DNA of 64,000 nucleotides from an uncultured bacterium (GTDB lineage: Bacteria > Oederibacteriota > JAAXVQ01 > JAUVAV01), in the NCBI GenBank assembly GCA_963710755.1, contig CAVQBK010000013.1:224001-288000 (forward strand), given 5' to 3'. Shown piece by piece: positions 45,739 through 55,670 of the stretch (its first letter is position 1; every line of letters starts with the position of its first letter). Under the pieces are notes generated by a model. It had not been told where the DNA came from. It did no database searches and saw only the letters and a program-made list of their open reading frames with translations. A program made the translations under genes and the position numbers.

Positions 45739-47475
45739 ATGCCTGCAGAAAATTTTGGCACGGACCAGCAACCTCATCTACCCAACCAAAGGATGCAAAG
45801 CCTTCTTTTTCAATGGTCCATGGAAACCTGTCCTATTGGGGTCATCATCGTTACCCACGAGGGCCAGGTAACCTACGCCAACCCTAAATTTTCCAGTTTG
45901 TGCGGCCAATCCCGCGAAAGATTGTATGCCGCCTCCTTGACCCAATTAGCTGAAGATGAAAATGCTTCACCTTCTCATCTTCAGCTCTGGCAGGCCTTGA
46001 TGGAGCCGAAAGACCAAATCCTAGAACTGGACCTCACTAATAAAAAAGGACAGAACCAATGGCACCGGGCCACCATTTTTGATTCTTTTCAGGATGAAAC
46101 CCAAATTAACTATACCATTGCTTATTTGGAAGATATCACGGAAAAGAAAGAAAACGAGCAGACCATTGAACATCTGGCCTTGTACGATCAACTTACCGAT
46201 CTGCCCAACCGGGCCATGTTTAACAGCAGGCTCAAGCTGGCATTGAAACAGGCGGAACGGACCGGAGAAAAAGTAGCGGTTATTTTGGTTGACCTGGACC
46301 GCTTTAAAACCATCAATGACACCTTGGGTCATAACATTGGCGATGATTTTATCAAGATGGTGGGCCATCGCCTGTTCAACTGCCTCTCTGAAAACGATGT
46401 AGTGGCGCGCATGGGCGGGGATGAATTTATGATCATGTTGCCCGCACTCCACGATTTTAAAAACATCTTCAAAATCATCCAAAAGCTGATGGATGCATTT
46501 ATCGATCCCTTTCAATATGAAAACCAGCAGTTACATATAAAAGCCAGTATGGGGATCTCTATTTATCCCGATGATGGCGACGATGCCTTGGCCTTAATCA
46601 AGAATGCCGACAGCGCTCTCTACGAGGCCAAGTACTCCGGCCGGAACCATTATAAATTTTATACGGCCAAACTCAATGCCACGGCTTTTGAGCAGTTAAC
46701 CATGGAGACCGCCTTGCGTCAGGCTCTTTATGGCAATCAGTTCATGGTTTATTATCAACCCCAGCTGGATATTGCCACCGGCAAAATCATCGGCATGGAA
46801 GCGTTGGTGCGCTGGAAACATCCGGAAATGGGCATCATCCCCCCTATCCAATTCATTCCCTTGGCCGAAGAAACAGGGCTGATTGTACCCTTGGGCAGCT
46901 GGGTTTTGAAGACCGCTTGCATGCAGACGGTAACCTGGAAAAAAATGGGTTTCGATCATTTGCGCCTGGCCGTTAATCTCTCAGCCCGTCAGTTCCAGGA
47001 GCCGGAGCTGGTCGAGACGATCCTCAACATTTGTACGGATGTGGGCATGCCTCCCCAATCTTTGGAGCTTGAGATCACGGAAAGTATTTTAATGAAGGAT
47101 ATCACCATTGCCATCATGATTTTAAAATGGCTTAATAAAAAAGGAATTCGCATTGCCATCGACGATTTCGGCACCGGCTATTCGTCCCTTTCCTATTTGA
47201 AAAAATTCCCCCTTAACCATCTTAAAATCGACCGTTCCTTTATTCGCGACTGCATCAACAACAAGGACGACGCGGCCATCATCAGTTGCATCGTCTCCAT
47301 CGCCAACAACCTGCATCTTAAAATTATTGCCGAAGGCGTGGAAACCAAAGAACAGTTGGCGTTTGTGCGCTCCATTGGTTGTCATCAGTTCCAAGGCTAT
47401 TATTTTTCTCCGCCCGTGCCCGCCGAAGAATTTACGGCCATGCTTCAAAACGGCAAGTCCATTCCCTCCGACTAG
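45739..47475 (+). CDS. PAS-GGDEF-EAL diguanylate cyclase/phosphodiesterase
   Basis: YDQLTDLPNR, RMGGDEF, YQPQ, EALVRW, DDFGTGYSSL and AEGVE. Confidence 0.96.
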   Translation: MPAENFGTDQQPHLPNQRMQSLLFQWSMETCPIGVIIVTHEGQVTYANPKFSSLCGQSRERLYAASLTQLAEDENASPSHLQLWQALMEPKDQILELDLTNKKGQNQWHRATIFDSFQDETQINYTIAYLEDITEKKENEQTIEHLALYDQLTDLPNRAMFNSRLKLALKQAERTGEKVAVILVDLDRFKTINDTLGHNIGDDFIKMVGHRLFNCLSENDVVARMGGDEFMIMLPALHDFKNIFKIIQKLMDAFIDPFQYENQQLHIKASMGISIYPDDGDDALALIKNADSALYEAKYSGRNHYKFYTAKLNATAFEQLTMETALRQALYGNQFMVYYQPQLDIATGKIIGMEALVRWKHPEMGIIPPIQFIPLAEETGLIVPLGSWVLKTACMQTVTWKKMGFDHLRLAVNLSARQFQEPELVETILNICTDVGMPPQSLELEITESILMKDITIAIMILKWLNKKGIRIAIDDFGTGYSSLSYLKKFPLNHLKIDRSFIRDCINNKDDAAIISCIVSIANNLHLKIIAEGVETKEQLAFVRSIGCHQFQGYYFSPPVPAEEFTAMLQNGKSIPSD

Positions 47476-47480
47476 CGTCC

Positions 47481-48416
47481 TCAGGTCGGAGCCAAGCCCA
47501 AGGCTCGAATAAGTGACCACGCCTGCTCCATGTGTGCGCGCTCGATCCAATGAATTTTGTATCCCTGCCGTTCCATGCGTCTAAACCAAGCCAGTTGCCG
47601 TTTGGCAAATTGATTAATAGCTGTGGTCAAAGCCGCTGTCATGTCCGCCCTGGTCGCATAACCATGTTGTAAATAAGCTGCCACATAACGGTATTCCAAT
47701 CCCAGGCTGTGCAGCCTTTCCCAGGAAACCCCCTGGGTGTGCAACGATTCCACTTCCTCAATCAGGCCCTGCTCTATTCTATCCTGCAAGCGCTGCTGAA
47801 TTCGTTGGCGCAGGAGATCTCGCGGCCAGGATGTGCCCAGCAACAGCGGCCGGATCAAAGGGGCAGGCTGTGGACTTTGTTTTTTTTCAGCTATGGCAAT
47901 CTCGATAGCCCGCACCAGACGATGACGTTCTTTGAGATCCGTTTGATTATGCTGGTGCGGTTTCAATTTTAGAAGCCGGCGCCGCAGAGCCTGGTCGTCC
48001 CACCCTTCCATTTCCTGACGCAGCTCAGAATTGGGGGAGACCGCCACCAGCCTGGTCGGCTGGAGAGCAGCCTGCAAATATAAGCCCGTGCCGCCCGTCA
48101 GTATAGGCCAGGTGTTGGTTTGCTGCAGTTGCTCAAAGCGCTCGAAAAACATGTGCTGGAAATGAAACACGCTATATTCCTGCTTAAGATCGGCCTCATC
48201 AATGAGATGAACAGGAACGCGCTCCTGACCAACACCGTATTCCTCCAAATCCTTGCCGCTGCCCAGGGTCAATCCCCGGTAGACCTGCCTGGAATCAGCG
48301 GAGATAATCTCGCCATGCATACGCCGGGCCAATTGTACGGCCAATCTGGTTTTGCCCGAAGCTGTTGGGCCCAGGATTACCATCAAATTGTAAGCTTGGT
48401 CAAGATGATTGCTCAT
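47481..48416 (-). CDS. miaA: tRNA dimethylallyltransferase
   Basis: GPTASGKT, SADSRQVY, GGTGLY, RAIEI and FAKRQ. Confidence 0.93.
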   Translation of the reverse strand: MSNHLDQAYNLMVILGPTASGKTRLAVQLARRMHGEIISADSRQVYRGLTLGSGKDLEEYGVGQERVPVHLIDEADLKQEYSVFHFQHMFFERFEQLQQTNTWPILTGGTGLYLQAALQPTRLVAVSPNSELRQEMEGWDDQALRRRLLKLKPHQHNQTDLKERHRLVRAIEIAIAEKKQSPQPAPLIRPLLLGTSWPRDLLRQRIQQRLQDRIEQGLIEEVESLHTQGVSWERLHSLGLEYRYVAAYLQHGYATRADMTAALTTAINQFAKRQLAWFRRMERQGYKIHWIERAHMEQAWSLIRALGLAPT

Positions 48417-48642
48417 GATGTCCTTCTGTGTGACATGTTACCAACAACGAGTTAAACCCGCGCCTCGCATTGTACAAGAGCTCCGGGAAAAATAACAAGC
48501 GCTTGTTCCCATGGGCCTGCTGTTTATGATAAGATGGCAGCCGTTCGCTTCCGATCCTACCCGCCTGCCAGCCGGGAGGAGTAACCGGCTGGTGAATATT
48601 TTCACCACCTTGTGGGTATTCTATAAAGGAGTTTCTCCCTAT

Positions 48643-49680
48643 ATGCAACCACCCAAACTGCGCATCCATGTGGCCTCTGAAACCGCTTACCTCATGAAAG
48701 GTCAAGGCGTGCATACAGCCTTCGTGGACGCCGTTAATTTACTCAAAAGTCAGGATGACGTTGAGGTGATTATAAACCAGGAAGGTTGGGGGGATGTTCT
48801 CCACTGCCACACCTATGGACCCTATTTTTTCTGGAAGGGCCGCAAGTATAAGGGTCGTCGTATTTTCACGGTCCATGTGATTCCTGATTCCGTCAAAGGT
48901 TCCCTTCCCGCCTGGCGGCTGATCATGCCCTTGGTGCGCTGGTATTTAAAACGTGTCTACAGCTATGCCGATGTTTGCATTGCCATCTCGCCCATGGTGG
49001 AGGAAGCTATCCGGGCTTTGAAGGCTAAAACCAGGATTGTACGCATTTATAATCCCATTCCCATGGAAAAATATCAGCCCACCCCGGAAAAACGGGCTGC
49101 CGGACGGGCACTTTTAGGGTTGAAAGAAGATGATTTTGTCGTGTTGGGCGTAGGTCAACTACAGGCCCGCAAAGGAGTGGAGGATTTTATTGACATTGCC
49201 GAAGCCGTTCCCCAAGCCCGGTTTGTGTGGGCCGGCGGCCGGCCCTTTGGCCTAATGACAGAAGGTATTCATAAACTCAACAGCCGCATTGCCAAAGCCG
49301 GCAGACATATCACCTTTCCCGGATTGTTCGAGCTGGAGCAAATGCCCATGATCTATAATGCCGCCGACATGCTGCTGTTCCCCAGCTATCAGGAAAATTG
49401 CCCCCTCGTACCGGTCGAAGCCGCCGCCAGCGGCCTGCCGGTTGTATACCGTGATCTTCGTGAATACCGTGTGCTCTATGAGCAGCCGTACCTGAAAGCC
49501 CAGGACAATGAAGCTTTTATTGCACTAACCAAAAAGTTAATGAACGACAAAACTTATTTCGCGGAAGCGCAAGAGCTATCGCGGCGTTTGATCGGCCAAT
49601 TTGACCAACAGGCGGTGCGCAAGAAATTGATAGCCCTTTACCGGGAATTGGCAGCACCTTCGGAAATTAAAGTTCATTAA
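48643..49680 (+). CDS. GT4 glycosyltransferase (glycolipid glucosyltransferase-like)
   Basis: KGQGVHTA, GVGQLQARKGVEDF and FPSYQENCPLVPVEAA. Confidence 0.88.
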   Translation: MQPPKLRIHVASETAYLMKGQGVHTAFVDAVNLLKSQDDVEVIINQEGWGDVLHCHTYGPYFFWKGRKYKGRRIFTVHVIPDSVKGSLPAWRLIMPLVRWYLKRVYSYADVCIAISPMVEEAIRALKAKTRIVRIYNPIPMEKYQPTPEKRAAGRALLGLKEDDFVVLGVGQLQARKGVEDFIDIAEAVPQARFVWAGGRPFGLMTEGIHKLNSRIAKAGRHITFPGLFELEQMPMIYNAADMLLFPSYQENCPLVPVEAAASGLPVVYRDLREYRVLYEQPYLKAQDNEAFIALTKKLMNDKTYFAEAQELSRRLIGQFDQQAVRKKLIALYRELAAPSEIKVH

Positions 49681-49694
49681 TCCCCCTAAATACC

Positions 49695-50456
49695 TCAGGC
49701 CAACCGTTCCACCATGATTTTTTTAGCCTCATTTTTTCTCAACAATAAATTGGTGCCCCGCACCTTTAATTTCATGGGATCACCCAAGGGTGCCAACTGT
49801 TCCATGGTGATGATATTGCCGACCGTAATGCCCATCTCGGTCAACCGTTTTTTCACAGCACCCAAATTTCCCAAGGCCATGATCCGCCCCCGTTCTTTGG
49901 GGTTCAGGGTGCTTAGTGGTACCAGGTGGTACTCGGAGGGCCGTCCCTTTCCCTGGAGATGACGCACATGGTCAATGCGCCCGGTCAGGCAGGTGGCACA
50001 ATAATCCACCGTTAAACCGTGAGAGCAGTAATAATGAAATTTTTCCAACCAATCCTCCCCGGCACGCGGGCATTCCTCCAGAAAAGCAGTAAATTTTATC
50101 ATCCGTTCCATAATCGCAGGCGACAGTTGATGTTCCATCCCACAGGCAGCGGTTTCCGCTTCCCCATCTCCAATGCCCAGGACTTTGGAGAAGAACGTTT
50201 TCAAAGCCTCATGCTTGGTCAGTAAGGTCCGTGCCTTGGCTTCACCCGCTTCGGTTAACGTAATGGTGTTATATGGTGCATAATTAATCAGATCTTTGTC
50301 ATTGAGCTGCTTTAAAGCACCGGTCACCGAGGCGGCCCGAACCTGTAGTTGGTCAGCCAGATCTTTGGCGCGCACCGCTTTTTTATTATCAATGATTTTT
50401 AAAATGGCTTCCAAATAATCTTCCAGGCTGGCACTTAACGACGGTTGCGCTTTCAT
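49695..50456 (-). CDS. DtxR/MntR-family metal-dependent regulator with C-terminal FeoA domain
   Basis: SLEDYLEAI, ASVTGAL, ACGMEH and RLTEMGI...APLGDP. Confidence 0.93.
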   Translation of the reverse strand: MKAQPSLSASLEDYLEAILKIIDNKKAVRAKDLADQLQVRAASVTGALKQLNDKDLINYAPYNTITLTEAGEAKARTLLTKHEALKTFFSKVLGIGDGEAETAACGMEHQLSPAIMERMIKFTAFLEECPRAGEDWLEKFHYYCSHGLTVDYCATCLTGRIDHVRHLQGKGRPSEYHLVPLSTLNPKERGRIMALGNLGAVKKRLTEMGITVGNIITMEQLAPLGDPMKLKVRGTNLLLRKNEAKKIMVERLA

Positions 50457-50466
50457 AAACTTATCC

Positions 50467-50628
50467 TCATTTTTTTTTCTTCCGGCAATCGTAATACTGG
50501 CCGCAGGTTTTTTCAGAACAAATGCAGTCGGGATCTTCTTTTAAGGTACGGGCTCGTCGTGCATAATGCAAGCCCAGGCCTGTCACCGCCAGGGCCACAA
50601 TAACTATTAATATGATCGTTTCCAACAT
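50467..50628 (-). CDS. FeoB-associated Cys-rich small membrane protein
   Basis: TM helix followed by CxC...C...C, located between feoB and the dtxR-family gene. Confidence 0.72.
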   Translation of the reverse strand: MLETIILIVIVALAVTGLGLHYARRARTLKEDPDCICSEKTCGQYYDCRKKKK

Positions 50629-50677
50629 CACGCACACACCCCTTTCCCTTCTTCTGGCAATCACCCGCCCCTTGCTG

Positions 50678-52738
50678 TCAAAGATGAAAGAATCGTCCTA
50701 CTTGATAGACCACCGAGGTCACGACTAAGCCTAACAAGGTCAGCCCCACCCATTGCCCTGCGGCCCATAACCAGGAACCGGTTTCCTTGCGCATGGTGGC
50801 AAAAGTGGCCATACAGGGCGAGGCAATCAAAGTAAACAGAAGAATACAAAAACCAATCAACGGCGAATAAGCAGTTTGCAATTGTTGCCTTAACCGCCCC
50901 ACCTGTTTTTCCCCCACGGCAAAGATGATGCCCAGCTGGGCCACAAACACTTCTTTGGCAGCCAACGAACCCAGTAAGGCTGTGCCGATGCGCCAGTCAA
51001 AACCCATTAGCCCAATAACTGGTTCCATGGCTTTGCCCAGACGCCCGGCTAGGGAATATTCCAGTTGCTGACTGGAGGCCATGCCGGAAGTTTGCACGGC
51101 TGTGGCTGACGCGGCCACCGGTGGTTTAGGATAGGACGTAAGCACCCACAGGATGATGGCAATGCCCAAAATGATGGTGCCCGCCTTTTTGATATATTCC
51201 CAGGCATTGCGCCACATGTGGATCATAACGCCGCGCAGCGTAGGTACACGGTAGGGCGGTAATTCCATCACAAAGGGCGTGGATTCTCCTTTGAAAACCG
51301 TACTGGTTAAAAGCTTGGCCCCACCAATGGCCAAGCCGATGCCGATTAAATAAATCAACATCAGCATGGGTGCTTCCCAGACTCTGGGGAAAAAAGCGGG
51401 CACAATCAACATGTAGATGGGCAGCCTGGCCCCGCAGCTGATGAGGGGGATCACCGCCATGGTCACCAGCCGGTCCCGACGACTTTCCAAGGTCCTGGTA
51501 GCCAACATGGCCGGGACGGAACATCCAAATCCCAGCAACATAGGAATAAAACTTTTGCCATGCAGCCCGATTTTATGCATGATGCGGTCCATCAGAAAGG
51601 CTGCCCTGGCCATATAACCGGTATCTTCCAACACAGCGATACTCATAAACAGAAACATAATGTTGGGCAAAAAAACCAGAACCGCGCCCACGCCACCCAC
51701 AATGCCATCCACCAGTAGACTTTTTAACGCACTCTCGCTTCCCGCAGGCCAGAAGCCGGCCAAAACACGGCCCAGCCAGGTAAATCCCAGACCAAGCCAA
51801 TGCATCAGTGGTGCGCTTAAGGTGAAGGTTAAATAGAACACTGCATACATCATCCCTAAAAAAATGGGGAACCCTAAAAAACGGCTGAGCAAAATTTGAT
51901 CCACTTTATCCGAGGTCGAATGCCGGGCTTCAATGGTGTTCTTGACCGCTTCCTGGCAAGCGCCGGAGATGAATCCATAACGTGCGTCCGCGATCAACAT
52001 ATCGGGCGTGTCATGATAGAGCAGGTGAAGCCGGTCGGCTTCGTGCTCCGCCAATTTAATCAGGTCTGGTTGGCTAATTTGGCCTACCACCAGAGGGTCT
52101 TTTTCCAACAACTTGATGGCCAGCCACTGCACAGGATAGCCTAAGCTTGTGGCCAAGTCCTCAAGGCCCGGCTCGAGGGTAGTTAAGGCGGCCTGAATGT
52201 CCTCAGGCCAGGGCAGCAGGTGAGGCTGCGACGCCGACGTCGGGGACGCCAGCTTGGCGGCCTGACTGAGCAGATCTTCAATGCCCTGCCCCTTACTGCC
52301 CACGGTATTAACAATAGGACAATTGAAAAACGACGCCAGCAAAGGAAGATCAAAGGACAAGCCCTGTTTCCCGGCAATATCGCTCATGTTAAAAGCCAGG
52401 ACCATGGGAATGGCTAATTCCATGAGCTGAGTGGTCAGGTATAGATGCCGTTCCAGGTTGCTGGCGTCAATCACGTTAATAATGACATCCGGCTTGGCCT
52501 GCAGCAAATAATCACGCGCCACTACTTCCTCCGGCGAATAGGCGGTCAAGCTGTAGGTCCCGGGCAGGTCCACCACCTTGTATATCAAATCGCCTCTTCG
52601 GCAGGATCCCTCCCGTTTTTCAATGGTGACTCCAGGATAATTACCTACATGCTGCTGGGAGCAAGTAATAGCATTGAAGATGGACGTTTTACCCGCGTTG
52701 GGGTTACCCGCAATGGCAATGGTGATGACTTGAGACAT
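50678..52738 (-). CDS. feoB: Ferrous iron transporter B
   Basis: GNPNAGKT, VGNYPGVT, DLPGTYSL, GFGCSVP, FVMELPPY and AKEV. Confidence 0.97.
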   Translation of the reverse strand: MSQVITIAIAGNPNAGKTSIFNAITCSQQHVGNYPGVTIEKREGSCRRGDLIYKVVDLPGTYSLTAYSPEEVVARDYLLQAKPDVIINVIDASNLERHLYLTTQLMELAIPMVLAFNMSDIAGKQGLSFDLPLLASFFNCPIVNTVGSKGQGIEDLLSQAAKLASPTSASQPHLLPWPEDIQAALTTLEPGLEDLATSLGYPVQWLAIKLLEKDPLVVGQISQPDLIKLAEHEADRLHLLYHDTPDMLIADARYGFISGACQEAVKNTIEARHSTSDKVDQILLSRFLGFPIFLGMMYAVFYLTFTLSAPLMHWLGLGFTWLGRVLAGFWPAGSESALKSLLVDGIVGGVGAVLVFLPNIMFLFMSIAVLEDTGYMARAAFLMDRIMHKIGLHGKSFIPMLLGFGCSVPAMLATRTLESRRDRLVTMAVIPLISCGARLPIYMLIVPAFFPRVWEAPMLMLIYLIGIGLAIGGAKLLTSTVFKGESTPFVMELPPYRVPTLRGVMIHMWRNAWEYIKKAGTIILGIAIILWVLTSYPKPPVAASATAVQTSGMASSQQLEYSLAGRLGKAMEPVIGLMGFDWRIGTALLGSLAAKEVFVAQLGIIFAVGEKQVGRLRQQLQTAYSPLIGFCILLFTLIASPCMATFATMRKETGSWLWAAGQWVGLTLLGLVVTSVVYQVGRFFHL

Positions 52739-52751
52739 GGTTAGCTCCTCG

Positions 52752-52794
52752 TTTAGGCACGACTAAATTTATAAGGTGTAACTTATTCTGTCAA
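52752..52794 (-). promoter_or_regulatory. feoB promoter with DtxR-type operator
   Basis: TTGACA-N17-TAAATT, with TTTAG-N6-CTAAA palindrome (52752-52767) between the -10 box and the RBS. Confidence 0.68.
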
Positions 52795-52908
52795 TCCTTT
52801 TTTTAGTTGCAGCGGCTTTGGCCTTTACTTCCTCAGACGATCCTGTTAGGGTAATTATCATGTTTCCGGCCCGATTGTCGGAGAAATTTCACAACCAAAG
52901 GAGTGCTT

Positions 52909-53349
52909 ATGACAGGGTGTAAAGACGGCGACAAAGTAAAAGTGCATTACACAGGCAAGTTGGAAAATGGCGAGGTTTTCGACTCTTCCCGTACCGGCGA
53001 TAAGCCTCTCGAATTTGTGGTGGGCAGCGGTCAGGTCATACCCGGATTTGACTCAGGTGTCAAGGGGCTGGCGGCCAATGAAACCAAGACTATTACCATT
53101 CCGCCTGAACAAGCTTACGGCGTCAAGCAGGAGCAACTTATTTTTGATGTGGAACGGTCTCAATTACCGGAAGGCTTGGAGCCTCAGGTAGGACAGCAAC
53201 TAGCCATCAGCGGCCAGGATGGCCGACAAGCCCCGGTCTGGATCACGGCCGTGAATGACAGCAAAGTAACCTTGGATGGCAACCACCCTCTGGCAGGCAA
53301 AACGTTGATTTTTGAAATTGAGCTGATCGAAATCAATGCTTCCAATTGA
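52909..53349 (+). CDS. FKBP-type peptidyl-prolyl isomerase (SlyD/SlpA-like, no His-rich tail)
   Basis: VHYTGKLENGEVFDSS, IPGFD, PEQAYG and DGNHPLAGK. Confidence 0.94.
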   Translation: MTGCKDGDKVKVHYTGKLENGEVFDSSRTGDKPLEFVVGSGQVIPGFDSGVKGLAANETKTITIPPEQAYGVKQEQLIFDVERSQLPEGLEPQVGQQLAISGQDGRQAPVWITAVNDSKVTLDGNHPLAGKTLIFEIELIEINASN

Positions 53350-53383
53350 TGGCAACACCTGCCTTAGCAGGACCAGTTGGCGG

Positions 53384-53860
53384 TCAGAGCCTAGGCAGCG
53401 TCTGAACCCGATCATTCTCCAGTAGACCGATCAACCACCCGGTGGCTGCGCGCACTTCCGGCGACAGCCCCCGGCCATCTCCTAGCACGGCTGGTTGCAG
53501 CCCCACGAAGAGAATAGGATTCTTGACATAAGGCTGCATCAGGTTAATCACCACCGATAAAGGCAGGGCATGGGTGCCCACGCCGACATCCTGGATTTTG
53601 TCTGCCGGAATAAGACGCAAGGTTCCTGGTGCTAATCCCATCTGCGCGGCATCCACCAATATCACCTTGTCAGGACGGTTTTTTTTGATGACACCCGTAT
53701 AATTTTCCGGTACGGTGGCACAATCCAGCACCAGCCAATCGGGGTGGCTAAAAGACCGGGCCACAACCACCCCTGCCCCATCATCCAGACGATCATCATT
53801 GCCAATGCCCATGAGTATCTTGGTAGGTTGCTCCGGTTGTCTTAGATCCATGGCCGCCAT
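53384..53860 (-). CDS. hycI: Hydrogenase maturation endopeptidase (HycI-like)
   Basis: GIGN...DDGAG, PEN, LVDAA and THALPL; downstream of the [NiFe]-hydrogenase operon. Confidence 0.88.
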   Translation of the reverse strand: MAAMDLRQPEQPTKILMGIGNDDRLDDGAGVVVARSFSHPDWLVLDCATVPENYTGVIKKNRPDKVILVDAAQMGLAPGTLRLIPADKIQDVGVGTHALPLSVVINLMQPYVKNPILFVGLQPAVLGDGRGLSPEVRAATGWLIGLLENDRVQTLPRL

Positions 53861-53868
53861 TCTCTTTC

Positions 53869-53898
53869 CGTAGGAAATGGTCGCGACCGTTTCCTACG
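53869..53898. repeat. GTAG-headed REP-like palindrome
   Basis: CGTAGGAAATGGTCG/CGACCGTTTCCTACG, a near-perfect 30-bp palindrome. Confidence 0.55.
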
Positions 53899-53913
53899 TT
53901 CGGGTGCACAAAC

Positions 53914-53944
53914 AAAAAAAGGCGGCGCGATGAGCGCCGCCTTT
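53914..53944 (-). terminator. Rho-independent terminator after mbhN
   Basis: GGCGGCGC-N5-GCGCCGCC with U7 on the minus strand. Confidence 0.85.
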
Positions 53945-53965
53945 AATCTTATCAGGAACCTTATT

Positions 53966-54373
53966 TTATTCCAGCACCATCTCGGCACTGTAGCGGTCGG
54001 TGGTGGCGGTTAAAAACTCTTTGCTCATGTATAGTGATTTTTTCACACACACTTCCGTGCACTGTTCGCATTGAATGCAGTGGCCGCGGTAAAGGGTAAT
54101 GCATTTGTCTTCCCGGTTGATCTCAATGGCATTGGCCGGGCAAACACGGGCACATAATCCGCAAGCGGTGCATCCTTTTTCCTTGTCATAAATAATTTGG
54201 CCTTTAAAACCCTCGGGCACTTCAATGGGCGCGTTAATGGTGGCCTTGCCCTCGGCAACCAGGGCCAGGAAATCAGTCACCGACGGTGGTAAATGCCTGG
54301 CCGGAAAAGGATTGGTGGCTGGTTTTTTAAACAATTGCTTTAAAACACGTTGCAGCATAGGTAAACGAAACAT
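53966..54373 (-). CDS. mbhN: Mbh 2x[4Fe-4S] subunit (NuoI-like)
   Basis: KKPATNPFP, CTACGLCARVCP and CIQCEQCTEVC. Confidence 0.88.
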   Translation of the reverse strand: MFRLPMLQRVLKQLFKKPATNPFPARHLPPSVTDFLALVAEGKATINAPIEVPEGFKGQIIYDKEKGCTACGLCARVCPANAIEINREDKCITLYRGHCIQCEQCTEVCVKKSLYMSKEFLTATTDRYSAEMVLE

Positions 54374-54588
54374 AATGATTCACCTTTAACTTTCAATAAG
54401 GTTTTTTTAATTCTGTACCAGCTAGGTCTTCGCTTTTTTGTGTCGATAACCTTGGTGGCCCCAACCCCTTGAGACAGTAGGGGGCAGACATTTTATGTTA
54501 CTTTACTCGACGCTTACCCCGGGAAAAAATGGAACTATAAAATAAACTTCCACTCCTATTCAATGCCCTTCAGCAAACCACTGGAAAT

Positions 54589-55584
54589 TTAATAAAAATA
54601 ACCATCGAGCATGATTAATATCAGCCCCAACAGGGCCATGGCACCGGTTAATTTCCAATAAATTTCGATCACCTGGGTAATACGGAAACGCGCCATGACC
54701 ACCCTAACCAGGGTAATGGTAAAAAACATAACCAAAAAGAATTTAACAATATAAAAGCCAATATCCAGAAGGTGGGCAGCCAGCGGCCCTACACTGACCC
54801 AGGCCGATAAATTATAAGGAAAAAACAACGCAATGGTGAGCGCAGTCATGGCCACCATCTTGCCCCCCATGGCCGCATAAAAAATCCCTAAATTGCGGCC
54901 TGAATATTCCACCAGGATGCCTTCCGCCAATTCCGACTTGGCTTCAGGGCTGTCAAAGGGCACTTTGGACAATTCTGCCGGGGTAACCATTTCCATAGCC
55001 AGCAAAAGCAGAAAAAAGCCCACCCAACCAAAAGGGCCGACCATGCCCCAAACTGGATGGTCGGCAATGGTCTGCAGGGCAAAAGGATGGACCAAGCCGG
55101 CGTCCGCCATTTTCCAGGCAAAAGCAATAATCACGGCCCCCAACGGCAGTTCGTAACCAATCATGGTCACCATTTCCCTTTGGGCGCCAATGGCTGCATA
55201 GGGCGACCCCGAAGCAAAGCCGCCAAACACCATGGCCAGGGCCGGCAGGGCGAATAAATACAACACCAAGATCAAATCACCATAGCCTTGCAGCACGGGC
55301 GCCATGCCGGCCATGGGCATATAAAGCAAAATGGTCACTACCGAAGCAAAGGCCGCCACTGGCGCCAAATTATAAATGCAGGGCACGGCATACTCAGGGA
55401 CGATGTTTTCCTTGCCCAACAGCTTTTGAAAATCCCACCAGGGCTGACGCAGCAATGGTCCGATTCGTGACTGCATCAAAGCCGCCAGCTTACGGTCCAC
55501 CCCTTGCACCAAAAAGCCGCCAAAAAAGGCCAAGGCGGTCATGCCTAGTACACCAAGAATGAGTTTGAGGATTAAGGCTGTCAT
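54589..55584 (-). CDS. mbhM: Mbh membrane anchor subunit (NuoH-like)
   Basis: DRKLAALMQSRIGP, SPYAAIGAQRE, PFDSPEAKSELAEG and EYSG. Confidence 0.9.
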   Translation of the reverse strand: MTALILKLILGVLGMTALAFFGGFLVQGVDRKLAALMQSRIGPLLRQPWWDFQKLLGKENIVPEYAVPCIYNLAPVAAFASVVTILLYMPMAGMAPVLQGYGDLILVLYLFALPALAMVFGGFASGSPYAAIGAQREMVTMIGYELPLGAVIIAFAWKMADAGLVHPFALQTIADHPVWGMVGPFGWVGFFLLLLAMEMVTPAELSKVPFDSPEAKSELAEGILVEYSGRNLGIFYAAMGGKMVAMTALTIALFFPYNLSAWVSVGPLAAHLLDIGFYIVKFFLVMFFTITLVRVVMARFRITQVIEIYWKLTGAMALLGLILIMLDGYFY

Positions 55585-55670
55585 TTCATTCCTTTTCTTA
55601 GTATGTTTTCATAAATTCCCGGGGCACGTCCCGGGGGTGAAGAGGGTAAAAATATAAAATTCATCTCGTA

